DNA of 64,000 bases from Thermoplasmatota archaeon (GTDB lineage Archaea; Thermoplasmatota; Poseidoniia; Poseidoniales; Thalassarchaeaceae), in contig JAZAAK010000014.1 in the NCBI GenBank assembly GCA_036138175.1, positions 20,572 to 84,571 on the forward strand. The letters run 5' to 3'. Positions within the stretch are counted from its first letter, which is position 1. Every line of letters begins with the position of its first letter. Under the pieces are notes generated by a model, which was not told where the DNA came from, made no database searches, and saw nothing but the letters and a program-made list of their open reading frames with translations. Below are positions 29,961 to 39,095 of the stretch, in pieces. Made by a program: the position numbers and the translations under genes.

Positions 29961-31364
29961 GTGAGGGTTATACGCAGAACGCAGCCGAACTGGCTCGTCT
30001 TTGGGGGACTTGAGATGGTATTTGACAAGTTCAAAGGTTGGCGAAAGGCAGAAGCGGGCCCAACTATTCAATGCCCTCTTTGTCAGACTCACAATCCCGA
30101 GGAAGCCACAGAATGCTCCCAATGTATGTACCAATTAGGTAAGGCCGCGTTTGAACAAGTCGCATCGGTTGACGAGGAGGAAGCAGGAAACTTATTCGAT
30201 GAACTGCTCGCTGATATTGAGGATGATGAAGAGGAGCAAGTAATCGATTGGTCAAAGGGGACCTTCACCATGGACGACGTCACAATAGATGTCGAACAAT
30301 ATGGTGATGATGATGGAATCAAACTCAGCGAGAATCCAACTTTTGCAATGACCGTCGACCATCCTGATCCTGTTGATGAAGAGGAGGAAGACGATTACCA
30401 ATTGACATCTGCTGACGCTCCTAAATTTGTCACAAAATTCGAGGTTCCTGAAACTGAATTAGAACCGCTTGAAGAGGCTCAACCTCAACAAGTAGAATTG
30501 GTACAACCTACTGCTATCGCTCCGGAGAATGATCCGATTGTTTCAGCAGACGATATAACCGATGACGATGATGAGGTTATGGCTCCGGAACAAGCCACAG
30601 AAGTTCAGCAAGAAACCGAGCAAACGGTCGAAGAAGAGGCAAGTCCTGAAGTTGAAGAACAAGTAGAGGAGATCGGCGAGGAAGAGAAATTACTCGGCCT
30701 CAAGAAAGTCGAATTGGTTGAAATCGCAGCCGACAAAGGGCTAGCGACCAGCGGAACCAAGGCAGAATTAGTTTCTCGAATTCTATCTGGCGAAGCGCCT
30801 ACCGAAGAAGATGTGGAACCCGAAATCGAGGAAGAAGTAGTCGCTGAGCCAGAACCTGAGGCTCCAACTTCAATTGCAGTACCTTCAACACCAGCGGGAT
30901 TACCTATTCCTCCACCGGTGTCGGCGAGACCGGTGGACCCAATGGACGCGGCGTTTGATGGCGATACACCGGAACCGGTTATTCCAGCCATTCCCAAACC
31001 ACCAAAAATACCCAAAATACCAAAATTACCTCACATCGAAGAAGCAAATTCTGTTGAAGATGAGTCAATGAATAATGGATTTTGGCCCTGGCCTCAACAG
31101 GAAGAATGGTCCAATAGGGATGTAGCAATGAAAATCAAAGAGGCCATGGAAGCCGCAAAAAGTCGAAACATGGCACAGAGCACAGTGCTGTTAGACGAAG
31201 TAGGACCCCATCTTGGTGATCGAACAAAACTAATCTATCCAGTAGGGGCCTTATTACAGCGGATAGGTAGAGCAGCGGCGGTAGATAGAATGCTAGAAGT
31301 AGCAATGAAAAATTCTCCTGATGACCCCCACGTTCAGACTGCAAAGGCCAAGTTAAGGCCTTAA
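29961..31364 (+). CDS. Very acidic protein with an N-terminal CxxC...CxxC zinc ribbon, a SAP/Rho_N-like DNA/RNA-binding motif, a PKIPKIPKLP proline repeat and a C-terminal helical domain
   Basis: CPLCQTHNPEEATECSQCMYQ. LLGLKKVELVEIAADKGLATSGTKAELVSRIL is a textbook SAP motif. Long D/E-rich linkers. Divergent from the helicase gene with a 45-bp gap. Confidence 0.6.
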   Translation: MRVIRRTQPNWLVFGGLEMVFDKFKGWRKAEAGPTIQCPLCQTHNPEEATECSQCMYQLGKAAFEQVASVDEEEAGNLFDELLADIEDDEEEQVIDWSKGTFTMDDVTIDVEQYGDDDGIKLSENPTFAMTVDHPDPVDEEEEDDYQLTSADAPKFVTKFEVPETELEPLEEAQPQQVELVQPTAIAPENDPIVSADDITDDDDEVMAPEQATEVQQETEQTVEEEASPEVEEQVEEIGEEEKLLGLKKVELVEIAADKGLATSGTKAELVSRILSGEAPTEEDVEPEIEEEVVAEPEPEAPTSIAVPSTPAGLPIPPPVSARPVDPMDAAFDGDTPEPVIPAIPKPPKIPKIPKLPHIEEANSVEDESMNNGFWPWPQQEEWSNRDVAMKIKEAMEAAKSRNMAQSTVLLDEVGPHLGDRTKLIYPVGALLQRIGRAAAVDRMLEVAMKNSPDDPHVQTAKAKLRP

Positions 31365-31411
31365 TTGACCGCGCCGTAGCCCTCATTCGTTCAATACTCT
31401 GAGGCAATAGT

Positions 31412-31981
31412 ATGCAGCGGCGCGCGACGACGACAATTCAAGTCGACGACGGACTAATTATGCGGCCTGCAAATACAACTTACAAGAACAATCTACTCGA
31501 GGCATTTGAGGAAACTTGGCCGGAGGTAAGCAGGGCTATGCCTTGGATTCTACCTGAGAAGGAAATTGAGCCGCAATTGGCCGATTTTCTTGCTGAAACT
31601 GAACGCACTGGAAGAGTCGGTCGAATGCATCATTGGGTGCTCATTCGACCTTGGGATGAGGCCGTTCTTGGACTGCTAGGATTTGATAGAGTTACACGTT
31701 CAGGAATTGCAGAATGGAATCTCGGCTATTGGGTCAGATCATCTGAACAAAGGAGGGGTATTGCCAGCCGAGCCATTGAGGCAGCTTTGACTTGGCTCGC
31801 TGAATTAGAACCGGTTTCTGTTGAGTTGAAAGTCGACCCCAATAATGCTGCTGGAAAAAGGACGGTAGAGAGAACCGTCCGACGTTGGAATGGGAGTCGC
31901 TGTGTAGTGGGAGATTCGGCAATTATCATTGCCGGAGTACGCACTCTACACGAATGTCACCTAATTGAAATTAGACCTTAA
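31412..31981 (+). CDS. GNAT-family N-acetyltransferase (RimL/RimJ-like)
   Basis: LGYWVRSSEQRRGIASRAIEAALTWL acetyl-CoA binding motif. Confidence 0.7.
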   Translation: MQRRATTTIQVDDGLIMRPANTTYKNNLLEAFEETWPEVSRAMPWILPEKEIEPQLADFLAETERTGRVGRMHHWVLIRPWDEAVLGLLGFDRVTRSGIAEWNLGYWVRSSEQRRGIASRAIEAALTWLAELEPVSVELKVDPNNAAGKRTVERTVRRWNGSRCVVGDSAIIIAGVRTLHECHLIEIRP

Positions 31982-32069
31982 TTCGGTCCTCTTTGAGGAC
32001 CGGTCTCTAACGCGACCATTCAAATCGGTCGGTATGGTCGCAAGTCTGCCCGAAGGGCAGGTGTTGGCG

Positions 32070-34724
32070 ATGTCAATCAATCACAGACAACGACTTCCCG
32101 ACATCGACCCAGAGGAAACCGACGAGTGGCTGGAGGCCCTGCGTTCAGTCGTTGATGCTCATGGTATTGAGCGAGCCCGCCTGCTTTTGCACGAGTTGAT
32201 GGCGGAGTCGGAAGACCTCGATGTTGAGATTGCGCCAATCTCCAAAACGCCCTATGTCAATACCATATCTTGGGACCAACAACCACCATACCCTGGAGAC
32301 CTCGATACCGAGAGAGAAATCCAAAACTCAATTCTTTGGAATTCTGCAGTTATGGTTTCAGATGCCAACCGCAGACTCGATGGAATCGGTGGACACATCT
32401 CCACCTATGCTTCCTCCTCAACACTATACGAAGTAGGATTCAATCATGTATTTCGTGGAAAGGACAGCAATGGTATTGGAGATGCTCTCTACATCCAAGG
32501 TCATGGAAGTCCCGGGATTTATGCTAGAGCTTTCTTAGAGGGAAGGCTGACCCGTGAACAATTGGCTAACTTCCGTCAAGAAGCATTTGCCGATGGACTC
32601 TCTTCCTATCCACACCCTCGATTGATGGCTGATTTCTGGGAGTATCCAACAGTTTCAATGGGACTTGGACCATTAGGCGCGGTTATGCATGCACGATTTT
32701 GGAAATACCTTCACAATCGAGGCTTGGCCGATACATCAGAATCGACTGTCTTCGCTTTCCTCGGTGATGGTGAGATGGACGAGCCGGAATCCATCGCCGC
32801 AATCGCGGTTGCTGGCAGGGAAAAACTGGGCAATCTAATCACAATCGTAAATTGTAATCTGCAACGATTAGACGGACCCGTTCGCGGGAACGCCAAGATA
32901 GTTCAGGAATTAGAAGGGCTCTATCGAGGAGCCGGCTGGGAGGTATTCAAGGTCCTCTGGGATTCTAATTGGGACAGACTATTTGCTCAAGATCGAGAAG
33001 GGTTGTTACTCGCTCGTCTTGAAGAAATAACAGATGGTGATTTCCAACGTATGAGCACTCTAGAACCAGCAGAATTCCGAAATGAATTATTCGCTGGTAA
33101 TCCGAAATTGGTAGAAATGGGCGAAAACATATCCGACCAAGAAATCGGTCTATTGCGAAGGGGCGGTCATGATCCAATCAAGGTCTGGTCGGCTTATCAT
33201 GCGGCCAAACAGTCGGACAAACCTGCAGTAATTCTAGCCCATACAGTGAAGGGTTGGGGAATCGACTCCTTTGAGGCTAGAAATACCACTCATCAGAAGA
33301 AGAAAATGAGCCTTGAAGATCTCAAACAATACAGGGATGACCTAGGGGTTACCGTGGCAGACGAGAACCTAGAGAATGACCCGTTACATGAGTTTGAAGA
33401 GGATAGCGATGCTCTCGCATATCTTCATCAAAGAAGGAAGGAATTGGGAGGATATCTTCCTAGTCGACTTTCTCCAACCATCGAAGAGGCCCTACCTGCT
33501 AACGAGACTTACGCTGCCTTCGACGAGGGAACTCCAGAAGGGCAAGAAGTTTCGACAACTATGGTATTCGTTCGCCTGTTGAGAAACCTAATGAAATCGG
33601 AAATCGGTGAGAAAGTAGTCCCGATTATTCCTGATGAAGGTAGGACATTTGGTATGGATCCACTCTTCAGCGAGTTCGGAATCTATTCTTCATTTGGTCA
33701 ACTCTATACTCCGGTTGACCATAAGATGCTGATGAATTACAAGGAATCGACAAGCGGACAAATTCTTCAGGAGGGCATCTCAGAAGCCAACTCAATTGCA
33801 TCTTGGATAGCCAGTGCAACATCCTATTCACACGCCGGAACTCCAACTCTACCATTCTACGTATTCTACTCGATGTTTGGATTCCAGCGCGTCAACGACC
33901 AGATTTGGGCTGCGGCAGATGCTCGAGCCCGCGGATTCCTGATGGGCGCAACAGCCGGACGAACAACGCTGAATGGGGAAGGCCTGCAACATCAGGATGG
34001 GCACTCTTTGTTACACGCTAGCACTGTACCATCCTGTCGTGCTTGGGATCCTGCATACGCTTACGAGTTGGCAACAATAATCGAAAATGGCATCGATGAA
34101 ATGTGGGGTAAAAACAAGGACATATTCCATTACATAATGCTCTACAATCAGAATGAACAACAGCCACCTAAACCTAAGGGAATAGATGCCGACTTAATGC
34201 GTGGAGCTTACCTCTTTAGCGAGGCCCCAGATGGAGACGGCCCATTAATTCGTTTGCTTGGTTCTGGGCCCATACTTTCTCACGTTCGAGGGGCGGCTGA
34301 ACTGTTGATAGAATATGGAGTAAGGTCAGAAGTCTGGTCAGTACCTTCCTATGGGGAACTGCGAAGGGCAGGACTAGCAGCGGAGAGGGCAACCCGACTT
34401 GACCCTCAAAACCCTCAATCAGCATTTGTTTCAGAGTGTTTTGGTGATGATGTAACAACCGTTGCTGCTTCAGATTATATCGCGGCTGTACCAGAGATGA
34501 TTCAACGCTGGGTTGGAGGACGATTTGTAGTGCTTGGAACCGATGGTTACGGCCGTTCAGATACCCGTGAATCACTCCGCAGATTCTTCGAAATCGATAC
34601 TGCCAGCATTGTAGTTGCCTCCCTATCTGCATTAGAGCAAGAAGACTCTCTTGATACTGGAACTACAAAGAAGGCAGCTAAAAAATTGGGCATCTCAAGT
34701 CAGAGATACGATAAGACCGAGTGA
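32070..34724 (+). CDS. aceE: Pyruvate (2-oxoacid) dehydrogenase E1 component, homodimeric AceE type
   Basis: N-terminus MSINHRQRLPDIDPEETDEWLEALRSVV parallels E. coli AceE. GHISTYASSSTLYEVGFNHVFRG and LGDGEMDEPES (ThDP/Mg site). About 885 aa from the ATG at 32070, whereas the ORF track starts at 31965 and overlaps the GNAT gene. Confidence 0.85.
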   Translation: MSINHRQRLPDIDPEETDEWLEALRSVVDAHGIERARLLLHELMAESEDLDVEIAPISKTPYVNTISWDQQPPYPGDLDTEREIQNSILWNSAVMVSDANRRLDGIGGHISTYASSSTLYEVGFNHVFRGKDSNGIGDALYIQGHGSPGIYARAFLEGRLTREQLANFRQEAFADGLSSYPHPRLMADFWEYPTVSMGLGPLGAVMHARFWKYLHNRGLADTSESTVFAFLGDGEMDEPESIAAIAVAGREKLGNLITIVNCNLQRLDGPVRGNAKIVQELEGLYRGAGWEVFKVLWDSNWDRLFAQDREGLLLARLEEITDGDFQRMSTLEPAEFRNELFAGNPKLVEMGENISDQEIGLLRRGGHDPIKVWSAYHAAKQSDKPAVILAHTVKGWGIDSFEARNTTHQKKKMSLEDLKQYRDDLGVTVADENLENDPLHEFEEDSDALAYLHQRRKELGGYLPSRLSPTIEEALPANETYAAFDEGTPEGQEVSTTMVFVRLLRNLMKSEIGEKVVPIIPDEGRTFGMDPLFSEFGIYSSFGQLYTPVDHKMLMNYKESTSGQILQEGISEANSIASWIASATSYSHAGTPTLPFYVFYSMFGFQRVNDQIWAAADARARGFLMGATAGRTTLNGEGLQHQDGHSLLHASTVPSCRAWDPAYAYELATIIENGIDEMWGKNKDIFHYIMLYNQNEQQPPKPKGIDADLMRGAYLFSEAPDGDGPLIRLLGSGPILSHVRGAAELLIEYGVRSEVWSVPSYGELRRAGLAAERATRLDPQNPQSAFVSECFGDDVTTVAASDYIAAVPEMIQRWVGGRFVVLGTDGYGRSDTRESLRRFFEIDTASIVVASLSALEQEDSLDTGTTKKAAKKLGISSQRYDKTE

Positions 34725-34831
34725 TTTTCATGGCTAATCCAATCCGTACCATTTGGGCCATATTCAAGTTCATGGGTAGGGTTGGAGTAATTCTTAGTTT
34801 CATCAAGCGAATCTTTCGGCGAAAATAGAGT

Positions 34832-35584
34832 TCAAGCCGCTATATCGTCATCGAATCTCTGGAATGGTAAGTTTTCGAAGACCTCCAATTCCCTTGCATT
34901 CAATGCATAATTGTGTGCTAATGCTTCAGCGACTGATACCCAATCAGGAGTAGAACCGTCAATCCAGTCATATCGATGACCGGGAATTAATCTCCAATCT
35001 TGTGGTAAGTCGCGAAGAATTCCTCGAGCGAATAAAACAGACCACCACTGTGCGGTTGGGTCTGAGCCTGGTAGGTCGACTCTACCTGATGCGGCTGTGA
35101 AAAGCAGGTCTCCCGCGTGGTAGACTCCATGTCCATGGAAGGTGCAGTGCCCTGGGGCATGACCAGGCGAGTGTGTGACACTCAGAGTAATTCCTCCTGC
35201 TGACCATTCAACGCTGGAGTTAGGATGATGATTCCACTCATTCGTCAAAGAAACGTTCCCGAAGACAAAACGTCCGAGTAAGGATTTGTGAATAGAATCA
35301 TGATGTCCCCATACTTCCACTTCCGGAACTAAATCCTTCATTTTCGCATACCCAGCAGTATGATCTCTGTGGGTATGTGTATAGAGTATGTGAGTGGGCA
35401 TCAGGCCCTCATTTGCAAGCGCTTCAACCCAACGCTCTGAATCAAATGGGTCGGTGATTGCGACGACTCCATTTTCTCGGTCAATCCATGCTGTATTCAT
35501 ATTCATGAAATCACCCATTTGGGTGACCCAAACCTCGATTCCTGCCTCATCAGTGTGGATATCAAACTCGCCATCGGCTAGCAT
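34832..35584 (-). CDS. Metallo-beta-lactamase-fold hydrolase (glyoxalase II-like)
   Basis: HTHRDHTAG (HxHxDH) motif plus downstream His/Asp ligands. ATG at 35584, with a TTG one codon upstream. Confidence 0.75.
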   Translation of the reverse strand: MLADGEFDIHTDEAGIEVWVTQMGDFMNMNTAWIDRENGVVAITDPFDSERWVEALANEGLMPTHILYTHTHRDHTAGYAKMKDLVPEVEVWGHHDSIHKSLLGRFVFGNVSLTNEWNHHPNSSVEWSAGGITLSVTHSPGHAPGHCTFHGHGVYHAGDLLFTAASGRVDLPGSDPTAQWWSVLFARGILRDLPQDWRLIPGHRYDWIDGSTPDWVSVAEALAHNYALNARELEVFENLPFQRFDDDIAA

Positions 35585-35627
35585 CAATACCTCCGAGAGG
35601 CTTCTGAGGCATAGCGATGGCGATTGA

Positions 35628-35637
35628 TTGACGTCAA
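35628..35637. promoter_or_regulatory. Perfect 10-bp palindrome TTGACGTCAA in the divergent MBL/leuS intergenic region, ~44 nt upstream of the MBL start. A second IR tcaatc-N4-gattga lies 15 nt away
   Basis: Seen directly in the sequence. Confidence 0.3.
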
Positions 35638-35753
35638 ACTTGCTTTCTCAATCCAATGATTGAAAGAGAGAAGGCCCGACGGCCAAGTATGGCGCGAATG
35701 CCTGCTTCACCTAACTTCGCGGCGGGCTACTCGCTCGACCTGCTGCTTAGCTT

Positions 35754-35789
35754 GGGAGTCTGAAAGGACTCCCATTTCGAATGAGGTGA
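35754..35789 (+). promoter_or_regulatory. Hairpin gggagtc-tgaaag-gactccc, followed by a Shine-Dalgarno-like GAGGTGA 5 nt upstream of the leuS ATG
   Basis: 7-bp perfect stem. GAGGTGA is complementary to the archaeal 16S 3' end (…GAUCACCUCC). Confidence 0.35.
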
Positions 35790-35793
35790 AGAA

Positions 35794-38667
35794 ATGGTAT
35801 ACGATTCGGCGGAAATCGAGACGCGCTGGCAGGCTCGATGGCGTGACGCCCGCGTATTCGATGCAGAAGTAGACTATTCTCGTGAGAAATTCTACTGCCT
35901 TGAGATGTTTCCATATCCATCTGGCTACATGCACATGGGCCACGTAAGAAATTACTCGATTGGCGATGCCATGGCTCGATTCCAGCGTTTGATGGGAAAG
36001 AATGTCCTTTATCCGATGGGATACGACTCATTTGGAATGCCCGCCGAGAATGCTGCCAAGAAGGAAGGAGGTCATCCTCATAGCGTCACTGAGAGAAATA
36101 TCGAGATGATTAGAGCCGATCAGGAGAGAATGGGATATTCATACGACTGGAGGCGAATGTTTGCGACTTCTACACCGGAATATTATCGCTGGAATCAAGA
36201 ATTATTCCTTCGATTCAACGAGGCGGGTTTGGTAGAAAGGAGATTCGCACCAGTCAATTGGTGCGATGATTGTGATACAGTACTTGCAAATGAGCAAGTC
36301 AAGAATAATCGTTGTTGGCGTTGCGGTCTCGAGGTAGTTCAGAAGGATATGGCGCAGTGGTTCTTGCGCATGACAAAGTATGCTGACGAATTATTGGATG
36401 AATTAGACCACATTGAATTTCCAGAGAACGTCAAAGCGATGCAGCGAAACTGGATTGGCCGTTCACATGGTGCCCACATAGAATTCCCTGTGATAGGAGA
36501 TGTCGATGGTGAATCAGCTAGCATTGGTGCATTTACAACCCGTCCAGATACAATTTTCGGAGTCACTTTCGTTACTCTATCCCCTGAACATCCCCTATGT
36601 GAGCCACTAGTAAGCGGAACCGAATACGAACAGGCTTGGAGAGATTTAGCAGAGGAATGCGCACGAATGACTGAATTTGAGCGAATCAATATGCTGAAAG
36701 AAAAGAAAGGAGTTCCTCTTGGTAGATTTGCAACTAATCCAATCACTGGAGAAGAAGTGCCAATTTTTGCTGGTAATTTTGTTGTTGCAAGTTATGGAAC
36801 CGGTGCTGTGATGGCAGTTCCAGGACACGATCAGCGAGATTACGACTTCGCCAAAAAATACGGACTTGAAATCAAACCTGTTCTATCAAGGAATGAGGGT
36901 GGTGAAGGAGTTGAGGAGAATCCAGTATTCGATGGATTAGGATGGATGGTCAACTCAACCATAGAAGGATTCGATGGTCTATTCGGTAATGATGCAAAGA
37001 CTACGGTAATTTCAGCCTTAGAAGAAAAAGGAGCGGGCCACGGTTCCACTGAATATCGGCTAAAGGATTGGTTACTGAGCCGCCAGCGCTTCTGGGGAAC
37101 TCCAATTCCAATGTTACATTGTGATTCTTGTGGAGTAGTTCCTGTACCCTACGAACAACTACCCGTAGAGCTGCCTTTGGATGTGACTTTTAGTTGGGAA
37201 GAGAGTGGTAATCCACTGGCTCGCAGTGAATCCTTCCTTACTACAACTTGTCCGCAGTGCAACGGTGCTGCACGCAGAGAGACCGATACAATGGATACAT
37301 TCTATGATTCATCTTGGTACTTTATGAGATTCGTCGATTCATCAAATGATTCAGCCCCATTCGATCGTGAAGCAGTAGATTACTGGATGAATGGAGGTGT
37401 TGATTTGTACATTGGCGGTATTGAACACGCCGTCATGCATCTTCTGTATGCTCGATTCTTCACAAAGGCTACTCGCGACCTAGGTATGAATGAGGTCAGC
37501 GAGCCATTCGGGCGCTTAGTCTGTCAAGGGATGCTCAACGCACCCGCGCCATTCTGTGTAGATTGTAATACTGAGTATCACATAGATAATTTTGGAGGAG
37601 ATTGCCCCAATTGTGGACAAGGATTGGGTTCACGTTCTGCCAAGATGAGCAAGAGTCTAGGCAATACTGTGAGCCCAGGAGAAATGGTAGACCGATTTGG
37701 TGCTGACACTGTCCGTCTGTTCATTCTCTTCGGTGCCAACCCAGAGGCAGGAATGGATTGGTCTGACAATGCTGTAATTGCAAATCACAAGCAAGTTTGT
37801 TCAATAATTGACGCCTTCAATCACGGAATTTCCCTTTCAGACTCTCCCGGTCCGATGGATTCCTGGTTACTGGCTCGCCTTAGGGCCAATCAGGATCGTT
37901 GGCGAGAGTGTATGGAAGCAGTAAGCCTCCGAGAAGGAGTCATGGCAAGTCACTTCGAGATGTTATCTGATTGGCATTGGTATCTACGAAGAGGAGGGGC
38001 GGATAGGGACACTGCGCGCCAATATCTTCGCGGATGGGCGCCAATGTTGGCGCCAGCAACCCCGCATATCGCAGAAGAATTCTGGTCAGAACTTTCGATG
38101 GGCGAAGCATCCGATATGTTGGCGACACATGAAATGAAGTTCTACTCGGGTGAGGAAAAAGATGCTAGTATTCTTGCTAGAGAATCTTACTTACGTGGAG
38201 TTATTGAATCTGCCCGTAACCTAAGGGGGCTAGCAGAACGCCACTCTGATGCGGAAATTTCAGGAGTTGTAATTCAAACCGCGCCATCTTGGAAGGTTGA
38301 GTTATCGCGTGAAGCGGTAAATTTGGCAAGTGAAGATTTTGATTTCAAAGCAAAAGGCCAAGATCATCTGAAGTCGATGGCGATTTTCGATAATGAAGCC
38401 TTGAGGGGAGAAATATTCCAAACTTGGATGGCCTTGACTATGGGGTCGAAGAAGAAAAGAGGCCGAATACACACCTGGGCCGAAGGCGAGAAAGAATTGA
38501 TATTGAGCGGCCTTGATGAAAGCGAAGTAATCAATTCTGCTGCGGACTTTATCGCGGCTGTTTTGGAAGTCAATTCTGTTGTTGCATATCCGGTTGGCGA
38601 AGGTGAAGATATTGGAGGAAAGGCACGCTTCGCTTTCCCATTGGAGCCAGGTATCGCCTTTGTGTGA
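35794..38667 (+). CDS. leuS: Leucyl-tRNA synthetase (archaeal/eukaryotic type)
   Basis: HIGH-region PYPSGYMHMGHVRNY and KMSKSLGN. 957 aa. Confidence 0.9.
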   Translation: MVYDSAEIETRWQARWRDARVFDAEVDYSREKFYCLEMFPYPSGYMHMGHVRNYSIGDAMARFQRLMGKNVLYPMGYDSFGMPAENAAKKEGGHPHSVTERNIEMIRADQERMGYSYDWRRMFATSTPEYYRWNQELFLRFNEAGLVERRFAPVNWCDDCDTVLANEQVKNNRCWRCGLEVVQKDMAQWFLRMTKYADELLDELDHIEFPENVKAMQRNWIGRSHGAHIEFPVIGDVDGESASIGAFTTRPDTIFGVTFVTLSPEHPLCEPLVSGTEYEQAWRDLAEECARMTEFERINMLKEKKGVPLGRFATNPITGEEVPIFAGNFVVASYGTGAVMAVPGHDQRDYDFAKKYGLEIKPVLSRNEGGEGVEENPVFDGLGWMVNSTIEGFDGLFGNDAKTTVISALEEKGAGHGSTEYRLKDWLLSRQRFWGTPIPMLHCDSCGVVPVPYEQLPVELPLDVTFSWEESGNPLARSESFLTTTCPQCNGAARRETDTMDTFYDSSWYFMRFVDSSNDSAPFDREAVDYWMNGGVDLYIGGIEHAVMHLLYARFFTKATRDLGMNEVSEPFGRLVCQGMLNAPAPFCVDCNTEYHIDNFGGDCPNCGQGLGSRSAKMSKSLGNTVSPGEMVDRFGADTVRLFILFGANPEAGMDWSDNAVIANHKQVCSIIDAFNHGISLSDSPGPMDSWLLARLRANQDRWRECMEAVSLREGVMASHFEMLSDWHWYLRRGGADRDTARQYLRGWAPMLAPATPHIAEEFWSELSMGEASDMLATHEMKFYSGEEKDASILARESYLRGVIESARNLRGLAERHSDAEISGVVIQTAPSWKVELSREAVNLASEDFDFKAKGQDHLKSMAIFDNEALRGEIFQTWMALTMGSKKKRGRIHTWAEGEKELILSGLDESEVINSAADFIAAVLEVNSVVAYPVGEGEDIGGKARFAFPLEPGIAFV

Positions 38668-39035
38668 GAGTGTTAGAGATGGGCTCTCAGTACACCGTTC
38701 TCATCGATGGTTTTTGTCCGGTTTGTACTGGCTGGGCGGCTTTCATTAACAAGCGAGATTCATCAAATCGATTCTCGGTTGTGGCCCAAGAGACCAATGA
38801 GGGGGAACAAGTTCTAAGCAATCTTCCGGAAAAAATGAGAGAACTTGATTCAGTGTTTCTAATCGATGAATCTGGGAAATGGCATGCTCAATCTTCAGCA
38901 GTTATTCGCATTCTTCTTGGCCTTGGTTTCCCCTATAATTTTGGGGCAATCATTTGGTTCGTTCCGAGCCCCATACGTAATTTTGCTTACGACTTATATG
39001 CTCGTAATCGAAACAGAAACTCCAGTAATTCATGA
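38664..39035 (+). CDS. DCC1-like thiol-disulfide oxidoreductase (DUF393)
   Basis: TVLIDGFCPVCTGWAAFINKRD, a CxxC near the N-terminus characteristic of DUF393/DCC. Confidence 0.7.
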   Translation: MRVLEMGSQYTVLIDGFCPVCTGWAAFINKRDSSNRFSVVAQETNEGEQVLSNLPEKMRELDSVFLIDESGKWHAQSSAVIRILLGLGFPYNFGAIIWFVPSPIRNFAYDLYARNRNRNSSNS

Positions 39036-39095
39036 TTTGAAATCGGGCTTCTTTAGCGCGAGGGTTCATGGACGTCCGACATCTCGCAAGTCTCG

